From: Eledone cirrhosa
Taxonomy: Eukaryota
Direction: 5' to 3'
Assembly (NCBI GenBank): GCA_964016885.1
Contig: OZ024745.1
Span: 44,640,001 to 44,704,000 of the forward strand
Length of the DNA: 64,000 nucleotides
Under the pieces are notes generated by a model. The model saw nothing but the letters and a program-made list of their open reading frames with translations, was not told where the DNA came from and did no database searches. Numbering within the stretch: the stretch's first letter is position 1; each line of letters begins with the position of its first letter. The translations under genes were made by a program, and so were the position numbers. Below, one piece after another: positions 14,622 to 28,152 of this stretch.

Positions 14622-17600
14622 CTGAAAGAAGATAACATAAGTAAATCTTTCTGTTGTTGAATCACCTCTATCTCTCCTCTGATTCTCTTTACTACTACAC
14701 TCTGTTCTATCTTCTCATTCTAGCTTTCTTCGACCACTCCCTCTTCCACTACCACCTTGACAATGTTGCTTCTCTTCCAACTCCTTACCAACAACCACCA
14801 TGTTGTTGTCTAATACACACACTCTTTCACTGTCTGTCTTCTATTAATCTCTAGCTCTGGCTTTCTTCATGCCTAATTGTATTAGCAAGAGGGGACCCTG
14901 TTTAGTCTTGGTAGGGATGAGATATCTGGTACCAATGAACAAATAGAGATACTGTAGGGTTAGAGTGGATACTTTAATCTTGTTGGAAGCAAGACTTTTC
15001 TAATGATGGCACCATATGTACCCAGTACACTCAGTAAAATGGTTAGCAGTAGGAAGGGGATCCAGCTATTGTCCCTGACCTGTCTGAACCATAAAAACTC
15101 ATACAACCCATTGCCAGCATGGAAAAGCAGATGTAACATGATGATAAGAGAGAGAATGTGAATGCTAAATTGGTTTAAAAAGATTAACAGTAAAATCCAA
15201 CACAAATTTATCCAATTTGATATTGTAGATTTTAACCGATCTAACAACTTCTTTAAACCATACTGTTAGTGTCTAAACATATAAGGCTAACATTAAACAA
15301 GCCTGAAATGATAAAACATTCTAGATACTCACTCTTAACAACAATGAATACCGGGTAAAACATTTGAAGCTCAGTTTAAGGTTTAGTAATAAATTATTGT
15401 CAAGCAAACAGTAGCTGTTTCAGGTTTAACCATTTCAATACTAAGCCATATTAACTCTTTAGCATTTACATTACTCTATATATACTATTTTATTTTTGTG
15501 GGAAACACTTTATCTCATACAATAATCTCACATAATATCGAATCTATGAGATTTTGATATTATTTATTTTAAGAATAACTTAACATCAGCATGAGGGTTT
15601 ATGACATCAGCATGAGGCATATGACCGGTTTAAATCAACCAAAGTTTGATGATACAACACTGTTTATTATAAAACATTTATATTTATCTTGTAACATTCC
15701 ATCATAATTTTAAGTAAGAAACTTTGTAGGGTTCTACTCCAAACACCAGCTTAATACTGAAGAAGATAGTTATATCAGTTAACCCCTTTAAATTCTTGAC
15801 TATTTTCAAGATTATTTGAAAATCATAGTTAATGTCTTTCATTAGAAATATAATAAAAAGGTTAAGCTTATATGAATCACCAACAAATATTTAGCCTTAT
15901 TTTGATTGAGCAGAAATCTCATTGAGCCATAAAATGTAAGTAAGCAGAACTACAAAGCTTTAATTCTTACCTTTAATTGAAAATGTTTTTACTCCATCAG
16001 TGAGATCATACAAAGTTAATTCATTTTCAATAAAACGATCCATTTTCATATAATTTGGCACATAGATGAATGTTTTTACATTATGATTAGCTAGTAATCT
16101 GGCACAAGTAATTCCTTGAGCTCCCTGAATATGTGGGCCACACAAAACAACAACAGTAGGTAATTGGTGGTCATTTTTTGGATTCAATCTTAGGAAAAAA
16201 TAGACAAAAAGAAAAACAAAATCACATTGAAATTTAGAAAATTTGATTACAGAGACATAGGTCTTTGTTGAGACTGGCCTTATCTGACCTTGAGACAACT
16301 GCCACCAAATCAGGTAAACAATTTCCATTAAAAAAATTATACATACAAACATTGTCTTAACGCTTTCAATTCTGACCTCCAAAAACACCTACTGACTGGA
16401 TCAAAGCCATCCATTTAAAAGGTTCCTATTTAAATTAAAATCTTCCAACATGATTTTATATAACTTTGAGGTCAGATGTTACCTAGTTTTGTTGATACAC
16501 AGTATTATCCTATCAGTAGAGACTTGGTTTTTATCTGTTGTTGTTAAATATTCAAAAGACTACAAACACAGGCCTAGCTGGGCAGTTAAGATGTCCACTT
16601 CTCAATCACATGGTTGGTTTTAGCTTCTATTCCACTACATGGCACATTGGGAAAATATCTTCTATTATAGCCTTAGTCTGACCAATACTCTAAGAGTGAA
16701 TTTAATAGACAGAAACTGTACAGAAGCCTGCTAAATATATACATATGGTTATATGTAACAACCTCTCTCATGATAAAACACACCCAATCCACTCCATAAA
16801 GAGACAGTATTGATACCATAAAAAAAAAAATCTAGTACACTTTGTAAGGTGGTTGATGTTAGAAACCATAGAAATATGGAATGCATAAGCAAGATGTGGT
16901 CACCTGATAGGTTTACCTTGAGAACGTGTTCACCAATCTAACTCATGTCAGTATAGAAAGTAGACATAAAAACAATGATGATGATGTGTGTGTGTTGTTG
17001 CTTCATATTTAAAATTTGTTTATGTCCCAAGCCTCACCAGATCAATGTGAAAAGATTAGTACCTTAACTTTAAAACAAGTAAGGGTTAGTTTCAGGAAGG
17101 GCATCTAGTATGAGAAAATTGCTTCAAAAGGTTTCATCCAACCTATGTCACCATAGAAACAATGTCAATGACTGAACACAGTAAGTAGAAGATGCAAAAT
17201 ACAAGAGTTAACCCTTTTGATACCAACCTATCCAAACCAGTACAAAAGGGTTCCCATTTAAATTAAAATCTGCCAACATAATTGTATATAAGAACCATAC
17301 GTGAAGTTACTACTATCTTAGTAATGAAATCATTTTTAGTAAATCCCTCGAAATTCTTCATTAATTAAATGGAGGAGCATATTTCATTAGAAATATATTC
17401 ACGAAAGAGTTAAGACAATACAAAAAACAAGAAAAATATTACACTAACCTATGACTGCCTCCTAGAAGCTGCAAAATCATTTCTGTAGTTGACCGCCCTA
17501 CAGTTTCAAGTTGCCTTGATTTTGAGAAACCAAATTCTTCACCGGCAGAAAACAAACGTGACCGTAACTCATAGGAAATACTTGGAACAGTCAACCCAGA

Positions 17601-19293
17601 ATCTGTAAACAAAACAAAAACAAATTTCAGTAGAAAAATCAGAAATCTTAAATTAATATTTCTAAGCTACCATTCCAATATCTATGCTAGTCGATAATGC
17701 TACTTATTAGTTGGATGTACTGGAAATTAACCTTACACAAGCAATTATGTACATAATGTACCCTATACATCCTGTAAGGTAGTTGGGGATATGAAGGGCA
17801 TCCAGCTGTAGAAACCCTGTCAAAAAGGGATGAGAAGTCTCTTCAGTTTTGTAACTTAGGCACAAGGTCAGAAATGATGGCAGTGGGAATAGGGGATGCC
17901 AATTAGTTGATTATGACATACACAGGACTTGGCTGGGAACTATTTTATTGGCCCTGGATGAATGAAAGGCAATGCTAATCCACTGAGGTTAACTTTGTGT
18001 TTCATCATTTTGGGGTCAATAATATAAAGTAGCAGTGAAACACTGAGGTTAATAGACAATATAATTGACCAATAACCCTCCACAAATTTCTCATCTTGTG
18101 CCTAAGCTAGAAACAATAGTGACATTGAATTGGCAGAAACGAGTATAGCATGAAACAAAATACACTGCAACATCCAACAAAATATACTACAGCATCAGAT
18201 CTGTAATAATGATTTCTAAATTAGATAAAAAGCCAGAAATTTAGAGGAGGGGAAAGTTGATCATATTGACTCCAGTACCTGATTGGATAGAAGACAAAGT
18301 TGATCTCAACAGCATTGGAACTCAGAATAAAGGGCAAGAAGAAATACTGCAAAATATTTTTTTCAGAAGTTCTATCAATTCTGCAAATCCATCATATGTA
18401 ATACATACATAAAAAGCCAGCAAAGGTTATTTACCCTTTTGTTACCATATTTTAAATAAAAGAGACTGTTTATGATTCTCAATTAATTTTGTAAATAATC
18501 AAGAATTTGGAAGGAGTTAGTAATATAACTTTCTTATTAAGTCGGTGTTTGCAGCATAACTTAACATAGAAGTGTGATGGAAGGTTTTAGATAAATATAA
18601 ACACTTTAAAATAAACAGCTTAGTATCGCTAACCTTCAGTGCGTTTCGCCAACAGAGTAATCTCCTCTTAATATATAATGCAGTGTCAAGGGAAGCAATT
18701 CATAAAATAATTCAGCATGCTAAAGATTAAACTAAGAGCAGACAGTTTCAGGTGGCTTGGTATCAAAAGGGTTAAATTGCTATTTGTAAATAGAGCATAA
18801 ATCTAACAAACCTGTTACATATTCTTGGTCTGAATAACAAGGAACTTTAATTTTACATAAAACCACAGGACCAGACTCCAAAATATTCTCATCATGACGG
18901 TATTTGGCTGGATTTTTCCTCTCATTATTAGAGTGAATCACTTCTGGCAAAGAATTTTCCATTTCCTGGAAGAAAGCTTTTTTGTCAAAAAGAGCCAAAT
19001 TTTTCTCAAAGTCAAATTCTTTAAAAAAAGACTCAGAAGGAGCACTAAAACAGTCTTCTCGTGTCATCAGTTTTCGGCGACAATCTATTTTTCGAGCTGG
19101 AGTTTTCTTCCGTGGTTCTGATGCTACAAAATAATAATGTAAATATTTAATAAAAAGATGATTAATTAATACAATTATCAATTTTTCTATTATTTACTTT
19201 TGATATATTATTATTACACATTCAAATATATAGGATTAATCACAAATAAAAAGATGTTTGGGTTTAATATCTTCAGTAAATAAAATTATCTTT

Positions 19294-19325
<32 letters not shown>

Positions 19326-22300
19326 TTACATAAAATAATCTTCCTGTAGCTTGTGAATCAGTTTAGATTAGTGGTTAGTATATTACATAGATGTTAGAGC
19401 ATATATGTTAGGTGTTCAAGACATGTTATAAATGTTGCACTGTACTTTAAAGGAAGACAGATTGTTCTATCTGCTTCTCTCTAGATGAAAATTAGCATCG
19501 CTTCAGAGTTGTGCCGTAAAATATATAAAAGATTAAGTTATGGCAGCTGTGAGAAAGATTGAGTAACAGCAAAAATGATTAAAAACCTAAAAATTGAAAA
19601 TGGGATTATAAGATGCTGACAATATGGCCACAGGTAATGAAAAAAAATTAGCACTGAGTAAAAAAAAACAAAAAGGGAGGCCTCAAACTTGAGACTGAAA
19701 AGTCATTGATTGAAGCACATTTTTTTTTTAGGATGGATACACACACATGCATTTACAAACTATAATCTTAGAAAACATAGTAAGCATGTGTTGGATTTCC
19801 ATTGGTTCTGACAAGTGTTCTAGTTGTTTAACCAATGCAACAGTCTGCTCATGAAATTAACAGGCAAGTGACTGAGTATCCCACAGACATGTGCACATAG
19901 TTCTCAAAAAGGTTCAGTATGACAATGTTTAACAAGGCTGGCCCTTTGAATTTTACGTGCAGCTCAAAGTGCCTTGTTCAAAGACACAGCACACTGGTTG
20001 GATTCGAAATCCCAACCTTATGATTGTCAGCCAAACATCCTAACTTCTAAGCCATGCACCCATAACAGTAAATTGAACAATTTAATGAACAATATGACTA
20101 TTTAGGTATATTCTGAAGAAAGTAGTTACCATGGAAAAAAAAGGAGTGGTGGTGGTGGGGGGTCTTGCATTTTTGAAGATTTATATTCAAGCCTTAATTT
20201 TTCTGCCAAAATACCACAATGACTGTTTGTGCAAGAATTTTTTAAGAAATTGCATAACAAATATGAGATAAACGACTGAATAGATACAAAATAGAGAGGA
20301 CTCTTAAGTCCTGTCAGATAACTTCTCTAGTGTTTATGGTACAATAAAATACACCCACTCCATGTAAAGTGGTTGGTGATAAAGGGTATCCAGTCAGTAA
20401 GCTTCTGTCAAAAAACCATGACTAGCACAACCTTCCATTTTTAAAATAACTGTGTATAGAAGATTAACATTAATCATGTTGGTGTTGTGCATGGCTAACC
20501 TAAATTTGTGCAAGAACCCTTTGATCATCATCAAGCTTTCAGGTGCAGAGAGCTGTTACCAAAATATTAGAGATGATCTCAAAACACTGAACCTCACAGA
20601 GGTGACAAAAGAAGTCAAAGAAATGGAGACAAGTTGTGTTAGAGTGGACCCTTTCAACCTATGCAAGCATAGTTAAGTGAAGTGAACATAAAATGAAGAT
20701 AATTAGTACTTTGGGTAAAAAAAAACAAAAAAATTTCAAGTTGAAAATGCTTCTGGGATTTTTTAAGCATTTTGAAATTTCAAACTGCTCTAGACTTGGT
20801 TGTTCAACCTGTTGTATGTTTTCCAAATTATTAGCACAGTTAGTTAATATAAAGTTAACATAGAATAGCATCGTTTAGCAAGCATGCATAAATAACCACA
20901 ACATACAAGCATGCATTAATATTCAAGATGGCAGCTAGCAATTTAAAAATAAATTTGGAATCATGAAATATTAATTTACAGACAACACTTATAATTAATG
21001 GACAAACTAAATATTAACTTTGATTATAACTAAAATACAGTGGCTTGGCAGAGTCATTAGAATGTCAAAGTTTTACAGCATTTGTTCCAGATCTCTGTGC
21101 TCTGAGTTCAAATCCCGCTAAGGTCAACTTTGCCTTCATCCTTTCGCAGTTGAATAAAAAAAAAATACCATTTCAGTACTGGGTTCGAGTTTTCTTCTAT
21201 ATCTTTTTGTCACTTCCTCTCTTTCTATAAAAATAAATTGTCTGTGTTCAGACCTGGAGAGGGATGGGTTCAGTCAGGTCTAAACGTCATATGTCATGAC
21301 AGCACCCCTACAACTCCATCAAAAATCATTGAAAACTAGTGGAACCAGAAATAGCATTGAACATATTTAACTTTTGAAGTTCAATATTGGTATGCCATAT
21401 ATACCAGAATTACCAGGTATATAAACAATAATATTAACTGGGAAATTTGCATTTGGATCAATTAATACTTTGCATAAGAGAAACCCTATAGTATATGTTA
21501 ATTACTGATACGTGGAAGTGATTAAAGATAAGAATGATATTTTAATAATTTATTTCTAGGATATAATTACATAAAAATTTAGCATGTATGTAAAAATGAC
21601 ATATAGGATTAAATGTATGAGTAACTTTAGAGAAATAATTATTTACAGACAAAAATGTAGGGACAGTATTCTCGCTAAAGATGACAAATTAAAAACTGAT
21701 ATAGAAAAGAGACTCGATATAGTTGTAGCTCTCTTTTGGCGCCTGACATGTGAATATTCCAACTTCACCAACAAAGACACACAGTTCCACTTGTACAGGT
21801 CAATCATTGTGTGGCTTATGCTTCTGAGACATGGGAAAAGTCCTGTAGAATCTACAGAACAGATGTCTTCAGTAGATGATGCCATAGGACCATACTTAGA
21901 ATTTCATGGTGTGAACACATCACAAATGAGGATGTTATAGGGCCAAGCTGATTAACCTACAGTATACAGTCAAACTTTTTGAGGCAGTTTTTTTTACTCC
22001 TAGATGCTCTTCCTGATGCCAACTGTTTTAGTTGCTTTTTATGTTAAGCAACGATATGGTGTACTTATTCTAAAATTCGGAAGCATGGATTAAAATTAAT
22101 ATATTTGTTCAGATTCTTGGCATTCTTGGCATTCTGAGTTCAAATTCAGCTGTAGCCTATACTGCCTGGTTTACCACAACCATTACCTGGCCCTTCAGTG
22201 GCTTTAGCAGAATCTTCCCTATTGCAAGCATTTGGGTCAGGTCTCTGGGTTGAAGAATTCAACCTACCTCCCTCCCACCAGTTTCTGAGGCCCTGTAAAG

Positions 22301-22453
22301 GGTTATAGGCACTGCCTTTTCCTCACTGACTAAACAATAAAAAAAAATCAGTGGTGACATGATGTTATACAACAGACTCCACACTAGCACAGAAAAATGA
22401 TATTACAACATCAATAATAATAATCACATTATCTTCCAGTTAACATTTACAGG

Positions 22454-22488
<35 letters not shown>

Positions 22489-22863
22489 CCCACTCTTAAA
22501 ATATTTACTCAATATATATATATAATTTGATATCCAGTTTCCCCAAAGGTTGGATGGGTCCAAACAAACTGAGTCAGTATGGAAGCAGGGCCAATGACCT
22601 CCCAGACAGGCAGGAGGTTCACATCTTGCTTACATACACTTCTCTGTTCTACCAAGTGCATTTTATCATAGCACCAGCACTAGAGAAGTTGTCATGTCTA
22701 TGACACAACTGGAGGGTCCTCCCAAATTTGGCAAGCTTTCTCTGGCTGGATGCCCTTCCTAACACCAACCACTTTACAGCATGTGTTGGGGACTTTTATC
22801 ATGTAGATCGTCATCACGAGGGAAGTTGTCATGTCCTTGACACACAATCTCCTAAAATATTTA

Positions 22864-22905
<42 letters not shown>

Positions 22906-25900
22906 TAATTTTGATCAACACACAAAATATTGATCATAAGTTAATATTACTTAGGAAAAATGTATCCAAGACCATGCATAGATATACAGATATAAAAGCA
23001 CAAGAAAAGCTGATTTATGAACCTAACAAGGAGCTATTTTTAGCATTCCTTTTGGCCAGAGCGATTGCCAGAAAATATAATTGATATTTTGTGTATTAAT
23101 CGAAATTATTCTTATATACACACACACACATATACTATCTCCTAATATATACACACTCGCACACAAACGCTACCGCTACTTTTTTTTATTTATTTATCCT
23201 GAATGCATTTAATGTCTATGGATGAAACTAAAAGCATTATACACATGAGGAACTTGCCAGCACAAACAGAAACTACTCTACAATTGCAATATTTTGCATT
23301 AGCAACATATGTAAACACCACACTACATTTTGGCACTACCTACATTGGCAATTATAAATACCTTGCAAATTCTGTAGTTTATTCTTATTTTCTAATAGTT
23401 TAGTTTTAGCTCCAATGTCCCCTCCTAAAGATATTAAACAGAAATGTAAATGGAGAGGTAGAAATCAAATAATACAAGATAAAACATAAACCAACATGAC
23501 AATAACAACATATGATATGTATTAGTCCAGTTGAGAAGATGAGAATTTTATACAAATATATTAGTTCAGTTAATGTAAACAACAATCCATAAAGATTTAT
23601 TAAAAGTTTAGTTATCAATAAAAACATTTACCAAAATGACTAGTAGTTAGTTGAACAAAGACTACAAGCATTAGTATGAATTATAAACAATCCTCTGCTG
23701 CCATGAGTAACATTGAGTGTTAAATAAAATAAACAAAAGGATATTCTTGCTTATAAAAAATGTTAACAATGCTATCAGTTGTTAGATGTAATATAGATAC
23801 TGTCAGGCGGCTTTTTGACTCTCAATAAACTCAGACATGATTATGTTCAAGTGTGTGAAAGAATAGTAGTCAGCTCTTGTTTTATTTCTGGTTTATAAGT
23901 AAAAAATATGATTATCAAGCATGATCAGAGAGTGCTGCAATTGAAATATATAAACAGAGAGACAGAAGTTGAACTCATCATAAACAGTATAAACATATAC
24001 CAAATAGTCCATCAGGAGTTCAAAATTATTCATAGAATCAAGTACATAATTAGATGAAACGGTATTTTTAAGTTTGTAGCAGATATTTGTTGGAGTAAAC
24101 TAAGAACAACTAAAGTTTATTATAAAAGTAAATACTAGGAATGTAAAAGGAAAGATCTTTTTGTAGATATCCATTATACAATACCAGAATAGAAATTTGT
24201 ATGAAAAAATTGCTGAAAATATGGCATCAATAGCCATTAGAATCTACGCCCTAATATACCGATACAACTTGACAACTTCTCTAGTACTGGTTCCAAGATA
24301 AAATACACCCAGTTACTCTAAAGTGGTTGCCAATCAAGCAGAGAATATGTTTTGCCAAGGACATGACAACTCCCCTCCTTGTTGGTTCCAAAATAAAATA
24401 CACTAAGTACACTCTTTAAAGTGGTTGGCAATCAAATGGAGACAATGTAGGGTAAATAGGATTCTTCAGTCTTGTCAAGAACATAACTTTGATACTTACT
24501 AGTTCCAAGATAAAATACAGCTAGTATATTCTGTAATGTGGTTGGTGTTAAGAAGGACATCCAACCAGAGAAATTAAGTCAAAATCTGGAACATCCTGGT
24601 ATGATGTAGACACCAAAATGTCCAGGAATGCAGCAACTTCAAATCAGAAGTTACCTGAACCAAGATGGCCTGTCCATCTTATGCCAGCATAGAGAATAGA
24701 TGTAAAATAATTGTTTCCGATTTAGACACAGGGCCAACAATTTTGGGAGAGGAGAAAGCCGATTAAATCAACCCCAGTGCATTACTGGTACTTTATCTTA
24801 TTGACCCTGTAAGGATGAAAGGCAAAATAATGAACGATGTAGATGGTTTCACAGAGCAAGAACATTTTTCACCTCATACCTTAAGCTGCTTTTGTAATAA
24901 GGTAACAGCTTTTCAAGTGTAAACAACAGTGTTTACCTGAACTAACACTGTTTGTAGCTTTCATTACCTTGGTCTATCATCTGCGTATTTTTTACATTGG
25001 CTTTTCCATGCTAGTATGGGTTGGATGAGACTTTTGCAAGGCAATGTTTTACAGCTGGATGGATGCTCTTATGACACCAACCCTTTTAGTCACTTCTTAT
25101 AACATGCAGGTATAAGGTGTACCTATTATAAACTGGATACACACAGTATGGTCCATATGTTTTTAGCTATTGAAATCAACTCTTCACAGTAAATCATCTT
25201 ACAACTGAAAGCAGTCTGAAATAAGGAGTCATGAGAATTCTGCCAGATTGTCAAAATTATACATGTTGATTCATGCCCTGGAATAAGTAAACTAGGAACT
25301 ACAATTGTTAGATTATAAGATGTCGTTTGAAATTACCTGAGTTTCGGCGTTGTTTCAGGTGATCATCTTTGTTAGTTGGTGTACGACGATGGTTTCCATT
25401 ATTCCACTGTGAATTCTTCTCTTTGGATGGTGTGCGGCTTTGGTTATAATTATCATTATATGATACTACTTTAACAGGAGAGGCTGTTCCACCACAAATA
25501 GCTTCCATCTGTTCCTTTGTAAATTTGGATGGGGTTGACTGGATAGATAAAATATCTCGGGCATCTTCAGCTGACTTTAAGATGGATAGTTCTCTGATGT
25601 CTCTAGCACTAGAAATAGTTAAAAAAGAAATGATTATTAGAGAAAACTTATTGCTTTCTGGAATAATAACTCAACTCTTAATACCAAACGGACTGAAACT
25701 GGGCCCGGTTTTATGATGCGAAACTGTTTTAAAGTGCTTATAATTATCTAAAAAGCTTTCATCATAATTTTATGTAAGAACCTTTATTAAGTTAGATTCC
25801 AAACACCATCTTCACAATGAGAAAGTTAATTATACAACTAAATTATCCTTTTAAATTCTTGATTATTTTCAAAATTAATTCAAAATCATAGGCAGTCTTT

Positions 25901-27575
25901 CATTAGAAATATGGTAACAAAAGGGTTAAGAATATTTCCATCTAATGTTGCAGAAGATTAAACTAATTACCAGAACTAAATTGTAATGATATATGTTACT
26001 ATTCTACAATATATATATACCTTGTACAATATTTGTTTCCATTCCTCACCCAACTCTAACCTAAATGGTAGAGAGGGTTCTTCAGTTGAGTCTATAACTG
26101 ACAACCTTTCCAGTATTGATGCCACAAAAAATGCACCCCCTTACACCCTGTATGGTGGTTGGTGACAGGAAAGCCATCCAGCTCCATAATCTATAAACTG
26201 TACTAAAAAGGATCAAGAGGACTCTTTAGTTGTGTTTACAACATGACAACTTCCCCAGTGCTGCAATCAAATGCATCCAGTGCACTCTAGAGTGCAGGAA
26301 TGTATGTGAGATGTCAGAGGTCAGCAGAGCTGATTAAATACTGACTTCATCTGTGATGACCTGACCAACCCTTGTTAGCAGAGAAAACAGACATTAAATA
26401 ATAATAGATAAATCAACATTTTGGACAATGGTCCTTTGTCAGAAGACTAACATCCCTTGACAAGCTCTTCTCATTCTTGGCAACTGTCCTCTTACCTATC
26501 TAGAACACCAACCCCACCCACATTTTTCATCAGTTATATACATATCTTTCACTACATATATATTATATATGTATATATATATATACATATATAAACCTAT
26601 TTCACACTTTAATCCCACTCCTTCAACATGTTACACTCAACTTCACCTACTTCATAGATCCCATCCTCACTCCCTTTCCCCATTTACTCATACATGACAC
26701 CATCCACTCTTCCTTTTTATAACTTCCTATTATGTACCAAGATATTTCTTAGGTGCTAGACTTAACCCTTTCAATATTAAACTACCTGAAACTGCCCCTG
26801 GTTTTATGATACAAAACTATTTGTTTTAAGATGATTATATTTATCTAAAAAATCTTCCATTATAATTCATGTATGACTCTTGGTTAAGTTATGTTCCAAA
26901 CACCAGCTTAATAATGAGAATGCTGGATTGTGAAATTAAATCTTTCTTGACTGTATTTCTGATTTGATATCAAATAAGAAAGATTAATTAATGACAAATT
27001 CTGAGGGATTTATTAAAATTATTAATTATTTCATTACAAAGATGGTAACTTCTTACATAAAATTATATTGTAAGATTTTAATTTATATAGGAACCCTTTA
27101 ACCCTTTCATTACTGTATTTCTAATGAAATAATTTGTATTTTAATTAATTATGAAGAATTTGGGAAGGATTTACTAAATTTAATTTCATTAAGATGGCAT
27201 TTATAATACAATAAAATGTTTTTATATAAAATTACGCTGGAAGGTTTTGTATCATAATAAGAGAGGAAGTTTTTGGTATGTTAGTATCAAAAGTGTTAAT
27301 ACTCTATATCTAGAGATGATAAAAGTAGTTAAAATATGAGAACATCCACACAGATTCAGGCAGAAAGAAATTTATCTAAAATGCTGATTAAAGTTCAAAA
27401 TATATCATACTTACCAAATTGTTATTTCTGGATGTTGGCAAGCAATGCCATTTCTGAAACAATTATCTATAGTAATAGTCTGATTACTATTGTTGACAGA
27501 TTTCACCTGGCCTTGAAAGTTACCAAGCATATCACCACAGTCCAAAGAGACAATACACCCAACATAGCCAGACAT
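14290..27575 (-). CDS. EDC3: Enhancer of mRNA decapping 3, whole coding span (6 coding exons, 1449 nt, 482 aa)
   Basis: Exons of 161+272+312+154+218+332 nt join in frame with GT-AG boundaries. The product has an N-terminal LSm domain, the FDF motif (EFDFEKNLALFDK) and a C-terminal YjeF_N domain, matching EDC3 family architecture. Confidence 0.97.
15160..15365 (+). mobile_element. Degenerate Penelope-like element reverse-transcriptase fragment
   Basis: Plus frame reads MLNWFKKINSKIQHKFIQFDIVDF*, resembling the PLE RT motif F..FDIVDFYPSI. Confidence 0.55.
15971..16188 (-). CDS. EDC3: EDC3 coding exon 5 (YjeF_N)
   Basis: Encodes RLNPKNDHQLPTVVVLCGPHIQGAQGITCARLLANH; cctaag| acceptor, G|gtaaga donor. 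Confidence 0.96.
17208..17413. mobile_element. TTAA-flanked MITE
   Basis: ttaaccctttt...aaagagttaa. Confidence 0.65.
17449..17602 (-). CDS. EDC3: EDC3 coding exon 4 (not in ORF track)
   Basis: Translates as DSGLTVPSISYELRSRLFSAGEEFGFSKSRQLETVGRSTTEMILQLLGGSHR; tttacag| acceptor, AG|gttagt donor. Confidence 0.95.
18431..18775. mobile_element. TTAA-type MITE
   Basis: cccttttgttacca...tggtatcaaaagggttaa terminal inverted repeats. Confidence 0.7.
18812..19123 (-). CDS. EDC3: EDC3 coding exon 3 (FDF domain)
   Basis: Encodes EDCFSAP...EFDFEKNLALFDK...KYRHDENILES; tttgtag| acceptor, G|gtttgt donor. Confidence 0.96.
25337..25608 (-). CDS. EDC3: EDC3 coding exon 2 (end of LSm, ARDIRELSILK, plus disordered linker)
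   Basis: Acceptor tttctag|; donor G|gtaatt; open frame, phase 2 to 1. Confidence 0.92.
27415..27575 (-). CDS. EDC3: EDC3 coding exon 1 (LSm domain, MSGYVGCIVSLDCGDMLGNFQGQV...)
   Basis: Acceptor ttgttag|A-ATG; donor TG|gtaagt; ends in phase 2. Confidence 0.95.
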
Positions 27576-27769
27576 TCTAACAATTAAAACAAAAAAAAAA
27601 AAAGTTAAAACAGATGAACAATATTGCAAAACATTATTTTAGGAAAGCATGGCGTCCGACCCTCTACCGATACTGCCAATTCACCGCCGTAAGGGGTCGA
27701 TAAAATAAAGTACCAGTAATACACTGGGTAAATGCTGGCCTTGTGCCTAACGTAGAAACAATTATTTTA

Positions 27770-27960
27770 GGGCGGTGAATTGGCAGTATCGGTAGAGGGT
27801 CGGACGCCATGCTTTCCAGCATAGTTACGTCCCTTTACGATCTGAGTTCAAATCCCGCCGAGGTTGACTTTGCCTTTCATCCTTACGGGGTCGATAAAAT
27901 AAAGTACCAGTAATGCACTGGGTAATTGCTGGCCTTGTGCCTAAAGTAGAAACAATTATT
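27770..27960 (+). mobile_element. tRNA-derived SINE with Nin/Deu-like core, full length
   Basis: A-box-like tggcagtatcgg, B-box gagttcaaatccc, core gcctttcatccttacggggtcgataaaataaagtaccag; many copies in the window. Confidence 0.85.
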
Positions 27961-27969
27961 TTATTAATA

Positions 27970-28152
27970 ATAATTGTTTCTACTTTTGACACAAGGCCAG
28001 CAATTATCCCAGTGTATTACTACTGGTACTTTATTTTATCGACCCCGTAAGGATGAAAGACAAAGTTAACCTCGGCAGGATTTGAACTCAGACTATAAAG
28101 GGCCGTAATTCTTTGCTGCAAAGCATGGCGTCCGACCCTCTACCGATACTGC
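27970..28152 (-). mobile_element. Same SINE family, inverted copy
   Basis: Reverse complement of 27770-27960. Confidence 0.85.

Noticed and set aside
21584-21960. 118-aa ORF as a host gene
   Set aside because: It looks like a frameshifted LINE ORF remnant inside an EDC3 intron.
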